From Clostridiales bacterium (GTDB lineage Bacteria > Bacillota > Clostridia > Oscillospirales > Oscillospiraceae), in NCBI GenBank assembly GCA_003150355.1, contig QAMJ01000017.1, forward strand, positions 32,251 through 96,250: 64,000 bases of DNA. The letters run 5' to 3'. The notes beneath the pieces were generated by a model that did no database searches, was not told the origin of the DNA, and saw only the letters and a list, made by a program, of their open reading frames with translations. A program made the position numbers and the translations under genes. Shown piece after piece: positions 10,264-18,520 of the stretch (within the stretch, counting starts at the first letter, position 1; each line of letters starts with the position of its first letter).

Positions 10264-10564
10264 GTGAATTATATTCTCATGAATAAAGATTCCGCGTGGC
10301 TTTCGTTCTCGTGCAGACGCGATGAGTTTGACGAGGTTGATTTGATGCTATTATATAAAGTGGACACGGAAGGGTGACAGAAAAATATATGTTGGTGCAA
10401 AAATATTTGATCAGCAGGGATGCATTGCCTATCTCTGCAAAACTCCAAATGAGGCTCGCTGCCTCCCCGGTACGTTGGAGGCGCTGAGAGCAGAAGGGGT
10501 ACAGATCGTCATTCTGGACTCACCGGAAATCTATTCCGAATACACACCGTATACCTACATCTAG
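10264..10564 (+). pseudogene. short low-GC gene remnants of unassigned family
   Basis: A 37-codon ORF (GTG at 10264 after GGGAGG, stop at 10375). It is followed in another frame by a roughly 70-codon open stretch with no start codon, ending at TAG 10562-10564 (...IFDQQGCIAYLCKTPNEARCLPGTLEALRAEGVQIVILD...). Confidence 0.3.
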
Positions 10565-10666
10565 GACATGAAAGAGTTTATCGACAGGGTCACCCTGCTG
10601 AACCGTGCATCATGACCTTTGATCCGTTCAGACTATTATTTGACTACTATTCTCTCAGCAGCATAG

Positions 10667-10711
10667 AAAACAGCTTTGAACCATTGCACCGCAACGGTTC
10701 AAAGCTGTTTT
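10667..10711. terminator. strong stem-loop, possibly a bidirectional terminator
   Basis: 16-bp perfect stem AAAACAGCTTTGAACC/GGTTCAAAGCTGTTTT. A-tract and T-tract are built into the stem ends. Confidence 0.55.
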
Positions 10712-10801
10712 GCATATCGTCATATTTTGTGCGTCATATATGAAAACCTGCCAAAATACGCTCGATTCGTGTACGATCGCATAGCTCCGACGCTGAAGGG
10801 C

Positions 10802-10829
10802 GCAGGTTCGAATTCTGTCGGGCATGCCA
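10802..10829 (+). other. degenerate tRNA 3' fragment (T-arm, acceptor 3' strand and CCA); possible att-site remnant
   Basis: GCAGG-TTCGAAT-TCTGT-CGGGCAT-G-CCA has a canonical TTCGAAT T-loop. The position equivalent to the conserved G53:C61 pair is G:T. No complementary 5' acceptor strand (ATGCCCG) and no anticodon arm could be found upstream. Confidence 0.5.
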
Positions 10830-10832
10830 AAC

Positions 10833-10867
10833 AGAACTTCCATCGATGATGGAAGTTCTTCATTTTT
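10833..10867 (+). terminator. rho-independent terminator immediately after the tRNA-like fragment
   Basis: 12-bp stem AGAACTTCCATC/GATGGAAGTTCT, followed by TCATTTTT. Confidence 0.6.
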
Positions 10868-10878
10868 GTGCAGTTTTA

Positions 10879-10887
10879 TGATATAAT
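10879..10887 (+). promoter_or_regulatory. extended -10 promoter element for the AraC-family gene
   Basis: TG-A-TATAAT lies 27 nt upstream of the ATG at 10914. The -35 region is weak. Confidence 0.4.
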
Positions 10888-10913
10888 CGATCTGCCCAAG
10901 GAGGATGAGTTGC

Positions 10914-12497
10914 ATGAGTACATTGATATACTGCCTGTCGGACAAAATCGCAAACGTTTTTCGTGCACAGCTGGCTGACACTCCAATCTCTTTTTCAGCG
11001 ACGGATACAGAGGATCTTGTCAGTGCGGTGCTTTCCAATAACGCCGATTTCCTGCTTATCCAGATACAGTCGGATCCTGCCGGATACAGAGAAAAATTGA
11101 TGCAGCTGTACATGGCGGGGGCAAAGGTGCATATCATTATATTTCACATCGGCAAAGCGTATCAGCTTGCATCAAGCTTTGACCCGGTTCCAGCAGACAA
11201 GGATTTCTGTGATGCGAAGGACATGATATACAAGGCACTGTTCATGTCCATTCTGCAGACAAGACGTGCTGCCGCGGATGACTTTCAATTTACCGCATGC
11301 CCGGATATAGCGCGCAGAGCGGCCAGATACGCACGCGAGGAGCACCTGCGAGAGATATTATCCGGTGTATCTGTCGAGCAGTTCAGAGAGATAAAGCGGG
11401 AGTTCAACCTCGATATCGGCTCACCTCAGGGACATTATCTGATCGTCACTAAAGCGATGCCGCACAACTATTTTGACGACTACACGCATAACCGCAGAGT
11501 ATACAGGATGCTTGACGAGCTGGTTTACGATGGGCTGTACTCAATAGTCAGACGTTACTGCGGGGGCGAGATATTTGAAATAAGCAATAATTCAAAATGC
11601 ATTATAATAAATGACCTGAACCAGCCAAGCGCGAAGAAATATGTAGCGCAATATAATGCCCTCATGTCAGAAATAAAGAAGATTACTGACGACGGAATGA
11701 CCGCGCTGTTTGTCAGCCGGCATATCGATTCCGTAACGGATTTCAATACCGCTTACCGGGAGTGTATAAGCGCAAAGCGCATGCGAGTATTCTACGGTGA
11801 GGACAGCATGCTGCCGGTTTCCGTGCTGCGCCAGAAACGCCCCGCGCCGGATATGGATGAGCTTGACAGGCGCATTACGTCTATACGTGATTTTTCTATT
11901 ATAACACCCATTGCCGTGCTTGGGCAGGACATAAACCATATCTTTCTGAACATCCTGAAGCCCAGTGCGAACATAAACATATACTACTATGCATGCAGTG
12001 CGATAAACGTTATCTACGATGCGTTTTGCCAGCGCTACGGTGTGATGCCGGAAAAACGCGCAATGAGCCGCTGCTTCGACAAATATGTCACGGTCGAGGA
12101 AATGGCTGTCCATTATATCCGCGTGTTCCGCAGCGCCCAGATCAGCGCCGGGGATATGAGCGGAGATGTGGATATCCTGACATATAAAATGACGGCATTC
12201 ATTGAAAAGAAATACGCGCAGGATATATCGCTCGGCGACCTTGCAGAATTTGTAGGCTTCAGCACAAGCTACACAAGCAGATATTTCCACAAGCACACGG
12301 GGAAGTCTTTTTCAAATTACCTTACGGAGCTGAGGATAGAGCAGGCGAAAAAGCTGCTCTCGGAATCCGACCGCCCTGTTGTGACAACGATCGCAAAGTC
12401 CGTCGGATACAACAATCCGCAGTTTTTCTCACGGACATTCAAGGAACTCACAGGCATGACTCCGACGGAGTACGCCGAAAAGAACAGAAAGCTATAA
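10914..12497 (+). CDS. AraC-family transcriptional regulator with a degenerate receiver-like N-terminus
   Basis: ORF 10905..12497. The ATG at 10914 has better spacing from AAGGAGGA. C-terminal double HTH (ISLGDLAEFVGFSTSYTSRYFHKHTGKSF...GYNNPQFFSRTFKELTGMTPTEY). The N-terminal roughly 110 aa are CheY-like, but the expected phospho-acceptor position reads FLLIQIQ. Confidence 0.8.
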   Translation: MSTLIYCLSDKIANVFRAQLADTPISFSATDTEDLVSAVLSNNADFLLIQIQSDPAGYREKLMQLYMAGAKVHIIIFHIGKAYQLASSFDPVPADKDFCDAKDMIYKALFMSILQTRRAAADDFQFTACPDIARRAARYAREEHLREILSGVSVEQFREIKREFNLDIGSPQGHYLIVTKAMPHNYFDDYTHNRRVYRMLDELVYDGLYSIVRRYCGGEIFEISNNSKCIIINDLNQPSAKKYVAQYNALMSEIKKITDDGMTALFVSRHIDSVTDFNTAYRECISAKRMRVFYGEDSMLPVSVLRQKRPAPDMDELDRRITSIRDFSIITPIAVLGQDINHIFLNILKPSANINIYYYACSAINVIYDAFCQRYGVMPEKRAMSRCFDKYVTVEEMAVHYIRVFRSAQISAGDMSGDVDILTYKMTAFIEKKYAQDISLGDLAEFVGFSTSYTSRYFHKHTGKSFSNYLTELRIEQAKKLLSESDRPVVTTIAKSVGYNNPQFFSRTFKELTGMTPTEYAEKNRKL

Positions 12498-12498
12498 A

Positions 12499-12528
12499 AC
12501 GAAGCCGCCCAAAATCGGGCGGCTTCGT
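12499..12528 (+). terminator. stem-loop terminator after the AraC gene
   Basis: 12-bp stem ACGAAGCCGCCC/GGGCGGCTTCGT. The T-tract is weak. Confidence 0.5.
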
Positions 12529-12578
12529 TCTGCCTTGGGATTATGAAGATGAAAAAAGAGAGAGTAGAAATAAGCTGG

Positions 12579-12995
12579 TTATTTAAGCGGCTCGCGGTAT
12601 TTCCGCTCCGCATCCGGGATCATTCTGGCACCCTCTATGGGGGAGGCTGCCATCTGAGCATACTTTGCGAGCACACCTCTTATGCGGCGGGGCTTAGGCG
12701 GCTGCCACCTTTCACGGCGTTTTGCGATGACTTCATCGCTGACCTTGAGTTCGATGGTTCCGTTGGGGATACTGTATTCAATGATATCGCCGTCCTCAAC
12801 GAGTGCGATGAGTCCGCCGACTGCGGCTTCGGGGGCAACATGACCGATAACGCCGCCGACGCTGCCGCCGGAGAAGCGGCCGTCCGTAATGAGCGATACG
12901 CTGGAGCTCAGACCGAGAGCGCGCATGACATTTGCCATGAGCATACCGGGGACTATTTTGTCACAGCTTGCGATGCAGACAAGACCATCAAGCAT
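12579..12995 (-). pseudogene. ilvD: dihydroxy-acid dehydratase (IlvD/Edd family) remnant with a large internal in-frame deletion
   Basis: Only 138 aa. The N-terminal-third motif [11 protein letters not shown] is followed about 12 residues later by the C-terminal motif [11 protein letters not shown]...[11 protein letters not shown]...EDGD. Full-length family members are about 550-620 aa. Confidence 0.8.
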
Positions 12996-13062
12996 AATTA
13001 TGCACGTGCGGGAAAGTTCCTCGCACGTGCAGCAATGAGCAGTGTTTTAGATACAGCCACTC

Positions 13063-13103
13063 TATATCTCCAGCGCGTTATGCAGCTTGTCGCTGGCGGC
13101 TTT
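13063..13103. repeat. 41-nt direct repeat, copy A (matches 23619..23659 with 1 mismatch)
   Basis: TATATCTCCAGCGCGTTATGCAGCTTGTCGCTGGCGGCTTT. The minus strand encodes KKAASDKLHNALEI-stop with a stop codon just upstream, so it is an isolated gene 3' end. Confidence 0.85.
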
Positions 13104-13252
13104 CTTTATGCTTCAATTACCGCATCAGATCATGGGAAGTTTATTTAATAGTTCGCTGCCATGTTGATTTCCTATGATACATCTGCTATGATTACGGCTT
13201 GGATGGCCGTATGCTGCGGCTGCGGCATACGGCGGAAAGCATGGTGGGATAA

Positions 13253-14008
13253 ATGAACGGAAATGATATAATGACCAAAAACGGGATAACGACGCTGACG
13301 CTGCTCATCGAGGCGGACGAGTGTGACACCGCTGCTGTATGGAGGCCGAGCGCGATCGTCACGGCGATGCAGCGAGCGACCCATTACGCGAGAGAAGCGC
13401 TCGGCATCGACTGGTCGTCGCTGGCGGCAAAGGGTGCGCTCTGGGTGGTCTCGCGCGTGAACGTCAGCTTTGAGCGCATACCGAAGATGGGGGAGAATCT
13501 CACGATCAGGGCGATACCGCAGAAGCCGGTGAAGGCGCTGTACCCGTGGCGCTTTGAGTTTTCCGACGGCGAGGGGAGACAGATCGGCACGGGGGAGACC
13601 CTGTGGAACCTGATGGACGCGGACACGCGGCGTCTCGCTATTCTCCCGGATGTCGCGGAGACGCTGCTTCAGGCGGGGATCACAGAACGGGGCGCGCTTC
13701 CCTCGGCGGCGCTGGAGCTGGACGGAGATCCGAGACGGCTGACATTCACCCCGGCGTATACCGACCTCGACATCAACGGCCACGCAAGCCACCTGCGCTA
13801 TATCGACTGGTGCTGCAACATCTTCGGCGCCGGGATAATGAGCAGATACGCCATACAGCGCTTCCGCATAGCATATATGCACGAGGTGCGCATTGACAGC
13901 CACGCGGACATTGAGCTGCGTACGCGGGGGACAGACTTCTCGTTCAGCGGCTATTACGGGGACACACCGGCCTTCGTGATAGACGGGACGCTGGCGGCGC
14001 GCAAATAA
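13253..14008 (+). CDS. acyl-ACP thioesterase family protein
   Basis: 251 aa with a double hot-dog layout. Motifs WVVSRVNVSFERIP and DLDINGHASHLRYIDW are typical of the acyl-ACP thioesterase family. Confidence 0.7.
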   Translation: MNGNDIMTKNGITTLTLLIEADECDTAAVWRPSAIVTAMQRATHYAREALGIDWSSLAAKGALWVVSRVNVSFERIPKMGENLTIRAIPQKPVKALYPWRFEFSDGEGRQIGTGETLWNLMDADTRRLAILPDVAETLLQAGITERGALPSAALELDGDPRRLTFTPAYTDLDINGHASHLRYIDWCCNIFGAGIMSRYAIQRFRIAYMHEVRIDSHADIELRTRGTDFSFSGYYGDTPAFVIDGTLAARK

Positions 14009-14029
14009 GGACAAAAAGACAATATGACA

Positions 14030-14072
14030 GAAACCCGGCGGCAGGGACACAAAGCCCTGCCGCCGGGTTTCT
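14030..14072. terminator. bidirectional terminator between the convergent thioesterase and IclR genes
   Basis: 18-bp perfect stem AGAAACCCGGCGGCAGGG/CCCTGCCGCCGGGTTTCT. Confidence 0.75.
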
Positions 14073-14084
14073 GTATTACTGCGA

Positions 14085-14864
14085 TCACTGCATTTTGAGG
14101 AAGCCCTCTATCCTGCCCTTGAGCTCATACAGCTCATAAAGTATCTTGCGCTCTTTCTCCTCGGTGTAGTCAAAGATCGAGAAGCAGGCTTCAAGCCCAT
14201 AGCAGGTCACATCGTGCTTCTTGATCGGCACGGCGACGGAGCGGACATACATCGTCGATTCCTCATTCGAGACGGCAACACCGGTCTGGCGTGTTGCGTC
14301 GAGGCTCTCGAAAAGCACGGAGGGGTTCGTGATAGTCTTCGGCGTGATCGCGGTGAGCCCCTCGGGGTAGAGGCGCATGACGTCCGCATCGCTCTTCTCA
14401 GCGAGGAGAATCTTACCGGCGGCATCCGCATAAGCGGGGATGCGGCGGCCGACAGCTCTGTACAGGCGCAGCTTTTCAAAGGGGTCGACCCGCTGCACGA
14501 CGAGAACGTCACCGGCGATAAGCTCGCCCATTATAAGGGTAACGTCATTCGCGGAGGCAAAATTATACATGATCTGAAAGATAACGTCGTCCATATTGGA
14601 GTCGCCGACGTATTTCGTACCTATCTCATAGAGCTTATACCCAAGGAAATACTGCATGACAATGGGGTTATAGTGCAGGTACCCATATGAGACGAGCGTG
14701 CGGAGGATGGGAAGAATGCTGCTCTTCGGGGCGTTCAGATAATTTGCGATCTCGGTAAGCGTTTTGCCGGAGTTTTCGGTCTCGGTCAGAAATTCGAGGA
14801 TCAGAACGACGCGCTCGGTTGAGCGGTGCTGGCTGTTGTTGTTTTCAGATACGGTGTTGTCCAC
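14085..14864 (-). CDS. IclR-family transcriptional regulator
   Basis: N-terminal wHTH (RVVLILEFLTETENSGKTLTEIANYLNAPKSSILPILRTLVSYGYL) and a C-terminal IclR effector domain. Confidence 0.85.
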   Translation of the reverse strand: MDNTVSENNNSQHRSTERVVLILEFLTETENSGKTLTEIANYLNAPKSSILPILRTLVSYGYLHYNPIVMQYFLGYKLYEIGTKYVGDSNMDDVIFQIMYNFASANDVTLIMGELIAGDVLVVQRVDPFEKLRLYRAVGRRIPAYADAAGKILLAEKSDADVMRLYPEGLTAITPKTITNPSVLFESLDATRQTGVAVSNEESTMYVRSVAVPIKKHDVTCYGLEACFSIFDYTEEKERKILYELYELKGRIEGFLKMQ

Positions 14865-15457
14865 GGTTGACCTCCTGCGTTCGTATATATGAATTGTTCA
14901 GAATTTCTACAAACCTATTCTATACCATGGCGGGCAGAAAAGCAATACCTTTTGTTAAATGTCCGCTTTTGAATACGAAAGTGAAAAAAGCATGAAAATA
15001 CTATGCGGCTGAAAGAGAACAGCACGTGAACCGCAGTCGTGGCGCATGAAGCCCGAAATGCAGGAAGCCCTGAGAATAAAGAGATAGGTGGACAAACAGA
15101 CGGGAACAGACAAACGCGACTACGTTCGCAAATAAGAACTGTTCGAGCGAAGCACAGGAAACATGCAATTGCCGGACTTGAATTAAAATGTGACAAAAAA
15201 CGAATATTTACGCTGGATGTGGCGTTTTTGCTTCAAAAATAATGCAAAACGGCTGCCGCTTTATCAAGCGTACGAAACAGTATGCCGGCATAGCAAAGTG
15301 TACAAAAAAATAACGAGAATTCAGATATATGGACGAAAATGCGATACCTGTCAAAATGGGTATTGAAATAAAAAGATGCCGATGATATAATTCACATAAA
15401 CGAACCGCGTTCCTATTTACGAACAAAACGGCGCGGACGGACTCAATTAAGTGCGTT

Positions 15458-15471
15458 ATGGCCAAGGCCAT
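15458..15471. promoter_or_regulatory. perfect 14-bp palindrome ATGGCCAAGGCCAT (candidate operator)
   Basis: Lies 31 nt upstream of the TRAP SBP start codon. It abuts a TGATAAAT extended -10-like element. Confidence 0.3.
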
Positions 15472-15501
15472 GATAAATAAAAAAAGAAAGGTAATACGAA
15501 A

Positions 15502-16545
15502 ATGAAAAGACTACTTGCACTCATCCTGACCATGTGCATGGTGCTTGCACTGTGTGCCTGCGGCACCGCCGCCGCACCTGCCGAGACAGCCTCCGCAGAC
15601 GCCGCTGCTCCTGCGGAGACTGCCGAGAAAACTGTTCTCAGCCTTGCTACCGTGTGCGCAGCAGGCACTCCCACCGACCTGACCTGCCTCAAGTTCCAGC
15701 AGATCCTGAACGACTCCGGTCTGTTCGACGTTACCTACTACGGCCAGAGCCAGTACGGTTCCGTTGCTGACATGATGGAAAATGTCCTTGCCGACGATAA
15801 CCTCATCGCTATCGCAAGCCCCGCGGACATCGGAGATGCAGCCGGTGTTGCAGATATGAGCGCTCTTATGGCTCCGTTCCTCTGCAACTATCCCAGAGAG
15901 ATCCGCGCAATCACTGAGAGCGATTGGTTCGCAGGCCTTACCGAGCAGTGCTACGCAAAGAACATCAAGGTCATCAACTGCGACCTCATCGAAGGCACCC
16001 GTTACTTCTGGACTACCAAGAAGGTCGTCGAGCCCTCTGACATGGCAGGCCTCAAGTTCCGCGTTCCCGGCAGCGCAAACTACGTCAATACCTTCACTGC
16101 TTTCGGCGCCACTCCTGTTACCATCGCTGTCGGCGACCTCTACACCGCTCTCCAGAACGGTACCGCCGATGCTTTTGAGTTCCCCCTTGCCGACGCATAT
16201 GCATGGCAGCTCAACGAGGTCAGCAAGTATGTTGCTAACCAGAACTACGTCACCGGCTTTACCGGACTCATCATGTCCGCGAACGTCTGGGAGACCCTGA
16301 CCCCGGAGCAGCAGGAGATCATCAACAACGCTGCCAAGGAATGCAGCGAGTATTGCTTCGACGTTTTCGATGAGAAAACCGAAGAGGCCAAGCAACTGCT
16401 CATTGACGCCGGTATCGAGTTCTACGATGTAGACGTTGATGCATACAGAGCCTGCGTTGATAAGTACTTTGAACTGAGCAACTTCTCTGACGGCGTTCAG
16501 GAGACTCTTGATAACCTGATGGCCGAATACAGAGCAAATCACTGA
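15502..16545 (+). CDS. TRAP transporter substrate-binding lipoprotein (DctP family), system 1
   Basis: Lipobox LALCACG with an Ala-rich linker, DctP-like body, and followed by DctQ/DctM genes. Confidence 0.85.
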   Translation: MKRLLALILTMCMVLALCACGTAAAPAETASADAAAPAETAEKTVLSLATVCAAGTPTDLTCLKFQQILNDSGLFDVTYYGQSQYGSVADMMENVLADDNLIAIASPADIGDAAGVADMSALMAPFLCNYPREIRAITESDWFAGLTEQCYAKNIKVINCDLIEGTRYFWTTKKVVEPSDMAGLKFRVPGSANYVNTFTAFGATPVTIAVGDLYTALQNGTADAFEFPLADAYAWQLNEVSKYVANQNYVTGFTGLIMSANVWETLTPEQQEIINNAAKECSEYCFDVFDEKTEEAKQLLIDAGIEFYDVDVDAYRACVDKYFELSNFSDGVQETLDNLMAEYRANH

Positions 16546-16688
16546 TAACACACATTCATATTTTTCCTGCGCATAAACCGATGTGCTGTTGCTTCTGACT
16601 GCGGAAAGCTGTATACCGCACCCGCGATGGGCGATATACAGCTCCTCCGGGTTGAGGCATCAGCACAATTTGATATGGGGAGATGTTT

Positions 16689-17186
16689 ATGTTAAGTAAA
16701 ATTCGGAAAGCCATAGACAGCGTCGAGCTTGCTTTCTTTGCACTGTGCCTGTCGGCTCTCGTCGCGCTGACAGTGACGGCTGTGATCATGCGGTATGTTG
16801 TAGGCAAACCCTTTGGCTGGACAGAGGAGGTACAGATGCTGCTTTTGGTCTGGTCTGTTTTCTCGGGTGCAAGCATCGCTTTCCGCGAACGCGGTCACAT
16901 AGCCATAGACCTGCTGACAAATGCCCTGCCTAAAAAGGTGCAGGAGGTCATAGAAGTCATAGTATGGATACTCGTGATGATATCCATCTGCATGATATTT
17001 AAGCTGGAGCTTGACAGAACCATGAAGTTCCTTGCGACCGGCCAGTCCACTACCATGCTCAAGATACCCAAGTTCTACATTTATGGTGTGGTCGTTGTAT
17101 GCTGCGCAATGATGGTAGTCAACCATGTGCTTAACGGCATTGAGGATATAAAAAAGTTTTTCCGCAAAGGAGATAGTGCAAAATGA
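16689..17186 (+). CDS. TRAP transporter small permease (DctQ family), system 1
   Basis: ORF 16683..17186. The second ATG (16689) sits 6 nt from GGGGAG. Four hydrophobic segments. The stop overlaps the dctM start. Confidence 0.8.
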   Translation: MLSKIRKAIDSVELAFFALCLSALVALTVTAVIMRYVVGKPFGWTEEVQMLLLVWSVFSGASIAFRERGHIAIDLLTNALPKKVQEVIEVIVWILVMISICMIFKLELDRTMKFLATGQSTTMLKIPKFYIYGVVVVCCAMMVVNHVLNGIEDIKKFFRKGDSAK

Positions 17187-18460
17187 TAAGTAACTACGTA
17201 GCTATCGCAACTCTTATTACGCTTGTCCTGATCTTCTTTAAGGTTCCGGTTTTTGCATCTGTTTTTCTTGGTTCGGTCATATATTTCTCTCTCAACCCCA
17301 ATGTTGATATCGTGATCGCCGCACAGAGGATCACCTCCGGCATGGAGAGCGTTTCCATCTTGGCCTGCCCGTTCTTCATATTCGCGGGTGTGCTGTTTAA
17401 TTACTGCGGCGTGACCGAACGGCTAGTGGAGTTTTGCAGTCTGGTCACCGGACGCATTTACGGCGGTCTGGCACAGACAAACATCCTGCTGTCCACTGTC
17501 ATGGGCGGAATGAGCGGTTCGTCCGTTGCTGATGCGGCTATGGAAGCAAAGATACTTGTCCCCGCAATGAATAAGAGCGGCATGAGCAACGGCTTCTCCT
17601 CGGTCATCACTGCGTTCTCCTCGCTTATCACTCCTCTCATACCTCCCGGGATCGGCATGATCCTTTACGGCACGATGGCAGGCGTTTCGATCGGCAAGCT
17701 CTTCACTTGGGGTCTGATACTCGGTATCTGCACCTGCGCTTCGATGATGTGGTTTACCAAGATCATTTCAAAAAAACGCGGCTATGTTCCGCTCCGTAAT
17801 ACAAAGCTCGCCCCCGGACGGCTGAAGGCCTCCATTAAGAGATCTTTCCCGTCACTGGCGCTTCCGGTAATAATAATCGGCAGCATACGCGTCGGTATTG
17901 CCACCCCGTCTGAGGCGGGTGCGATTGCGGTCGCTTACGCGATAGTTCTCGGCGTAGCGTATAGGGAACTGAACTGGAAAAAGTTCTGCCAGGCTACGCG
18001 CGAAGCGGGCGTGACGATCGGCATGGTGCTTATAATTGTCGGCACATCCTCAATGTACTCATGGATCCTTACCAAGGAACAGGTGCCGCAGGCGATCTCC
18101 GCTATCATGCTCTCCATTATATCCAACAAGTATCTTTTCCTGCTGGTCATCAACCTCATGCTCCTTGTTGTCGGCATGTTTATGGAGGGCTGCGCGGCCA
18201 CGATCATACTTGCACCGCTGCTCGCGCCTATCGCGGCAAGCTACGGCATAGATGCCATCCATTTCGGCATGGTGTTCACGCTCAACCTCGCTGTCGGCTG
18301 CATTACGCCGCCTATGGGCACCGTCATGTTCGCGACCTGCGGCGTTACAGGATGCAGTCTGAAGGAGTTCCTCAGTGAAGGCAAGCCGTATTTCGCTTAT
18401 ATGGCAGTCCTTCTGCTGCTCCTGACCTACGTTCCTTTTGTCTTGCCCGGCTTGTATTGA
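17183..18460 (+). CDS. TRAP transporter large permease (DctM family), system 1
   Basis: 425 aa polytopic protein. ATGA overlap with dctQ. Confidence 0.9.
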   Translation: MISNYVAIATLITLVLIFFKVPVFASVFLGSVIYFSLNPNVDIVIAAQRITSGMESVSILACPFFIFAGVLFNYCGVTERLVEFCSLVTGRIYGGLAQTNILLSTVMGGMSGSSVADAAMEAKILVPAMNKSGMSNGFSSVITAFSSLITPLIPPGIGMILYGTMAGVSIGKLFTWGLILGICTCASMMWFTKIISKKRGYVPLRNTKLAPGRLKASIKRSFPSLALPVIIIGSIRVGIATPSEAGAIAVAYAIVLGVAYRELNWKKFCQATREAGVTIGMVLIIVGTSSMYSWILTKEQVPQAISAIMLSIISNKYLFLLVINLMLLVVGMFMEGCAATIILAPLLAPIAASYGIDAIHFGMVFTLNLAVGCITPPMGTVMFATCGVTGCSLKEFLSEGKPYFAYMAVLLLLLTYVPFVLPGLY

Positions 18461-18520
18461 CCGGAAATGAACTGACAAGGCACAGAGTCCGGAGTGACGG
18501 TGCTATGGAGGGTACAAAAA

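Noticed and set aside
10757-10829. Possible intact tRNA or tmRNA 3' domain
   Set aside because: I tried to fold a full cloverleaf. A CTCCGAC loop (anticodon CCG) can be drawn, but its stem does not pair. There is no 5' acceptor strand complementary to CGGGCAT, and the conserved T-stem G:C pair is G:T. I kept it only as a degenerate 3' fragment.
12543-13148. 201-aa plus-strand ORF across the ilvD remnant and repeat copy A
   Set aside because: It is antisense to the recognisable IlvD segments and runs through non-coding hairpins. It has no motif support.
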